Positions 63,035-64,000 of a DNA stretch of 64,000 bases are shown here, in pieces (the stretch's first letter is position 1; each line of letters opens with the position of its first letter). The notes below the pieces were generated by a model. It saw only the letters and a list, made by a program, of their open reading frames with translations, made no database searches and was not told where the DNA came from. The DNA comes from Candidatus Rhodoferax bjergmarkensis (GTDB lineage Bacteria; Pseudomonadota; Gammaproteobacteria; Burkholderiales; Burkholderiaceae_C), in the NCBI GenBank assembly GCA_016708345.1, contig JADJFX010000007.1, forward strand, positions 96,339 through 160,338. The letters run 5' to 3'. The position numbers and the translations under genes were made by a program.

Positions 63035-63394
63035 ATTTAATCCTTTAAAAGGCCTACGAAAGGCGGTCACTGCCTGATGTCCTCAAAGGACCGGAAAGAG
63101 TTGCAGTTACTTTGGCAATGAAAGATAGAGCCCTCTGAATCAACATACCTTTTGCCTTCGACGTGAAGTTCTCCCAGCCGATTCTGCATATTCAATCGCA
63201 CTTGGTCTATTCCCCAATTGTGGGGATTGCACCGACCGGCATCGCTGCGCTGCGGGTCTACGACTCTCTCCGAAGCTGACTGTCAATCCTGACACCTGTC
63301 ATCCAAAACCACGTTCGAAAGCCAAAATTGTACGCTGTCAGGCTGCCGATCACGGCCCCCGACGGACTTTGTTTTCTCTGAACACCGCTTCTGA

Positions 63395-64000
63395 TCAGCC
63401 CCCGGTGTCCATGCCTGACGACAAACGCAGGCCGCGCAAACGCTGGTGCGCCGCGCTGTGCAGGTCCACCGGCAACTGGTGCTTGGCTTGCAGGTAGTGG
63501 ACGGTGAACACTTCCAGGTAAGCCTGCAGCGTCTGCGCCGCCAGGGTCTCGCCAGCCAGCTCCAGACACAGGGCGGCCACCTCCGAGGTGCAAAAGTGGT
63601 CCTCTCGCCTGGAGCGGCGCAGGCGGTAGGTGGATATCTGCTCAGGCTGCAGGCTGAGCACCGGCAAGTGGTTCAGATAGGGGCTTTTGCGAAACATCTT
63701 GCGCGCCTCGGGCCAAGTGGCGTCGAGCAACACAAACAACGGGCGCTGGGCCGTTTGACCCACGGGCGTATCGGCAGGCTGCACCTGCGTCACCACCCGC
63801 TCAGGGGCCACAAACTCCCCCGGAAACACCAGATACGGCTGCCACTGCGGATCGGCCAGCAGGGCCAGCAAGGCCGGGTCCACCTCGGTGCGCGCCCAGC
63901 CAAAGGCAGCGGTGTCTGCCACCACATCGGCAATCAGCCAGCCGGTGTTGCTGGGCTTGAGCGGTTCGATGTCGCACATGATCAGGCACACGCCCGCCCT
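63395..64000 (-). CDS. DTW-domain tRNA-uridine aminocarboxypropyltransferase (TapT/YfiP-like), 5' end beyond the window
   Basis: EPLKPSNTGWL, LDATWPEARKMFRKSPYL, YRLRR, CTSEVA. Confidence 0.88.
   Translation of the reverse strand, partial: RAGVCLIMCDIEPLKPSNTGWLIADVVADTAAFGWARTEVDPALLALLADPQWQPYLVFPGEFVAPERVVTQVQPADTPVGQTAQRPLFVLLDATWPEARKMFRKSPYLNHLPVLSLQPEQISTYRLRRSRREDHFCTSEVAALCLELAGETLAAQTLQAYLEVFTVHYLQAKHQLPVDLHSAAHQRLRGLRLSSGMDTGG

Overview
Chromosomal window, probably from a Comamonadaceae-like betaproteobacterium (inferred from gene order and repeat type). The left core block (1-8.2 kb) carries pilQPONM, mrcA, cyaY, an LptM-like lipoprotein and lysA. The right core block (46.4-60.4 kb) carries a VTT-oxidoreductase, metG, sulP, scpA, nadB, queE, panBC and alkB. 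Between them lies about 38 kb of accessory DNA dominated by FIVE directly repeated ISCR-type (IS91-family, rolling-circle HUH) elements. Four have a clear oriIS end (degenerate in copy 1), and all five have a LexA/SOS box just upstream of the transposase. Four abut the same point of a host REP-like repeat, and one is a recombinant of two others. The DNA between copies is a patchwork of truncated host-type genes (uvrA, rlmD, an MCP, a PAS sensor, repeated 3' ends of the oxidoreductase) and intact cargo. That cargo comprises a class A beta-lactamase with an atypical divergent non-LysR partner gene, a GT1 (MGT-like) glycosyltransferase, a 7TM-DISM/CheA-like kinase and an acyl-CoA catabolic cluster. 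Further left are a dynamin-like GTPase, an ankyrin protein and toxin-antitoxin genes. A small two-TA island sits between duplicated alkB 3' ends. Caveat: many single-base frameshifts, even in essential metG, point to a noisy consensus, and mis-joining through the repeats cannot be excluded without reads.
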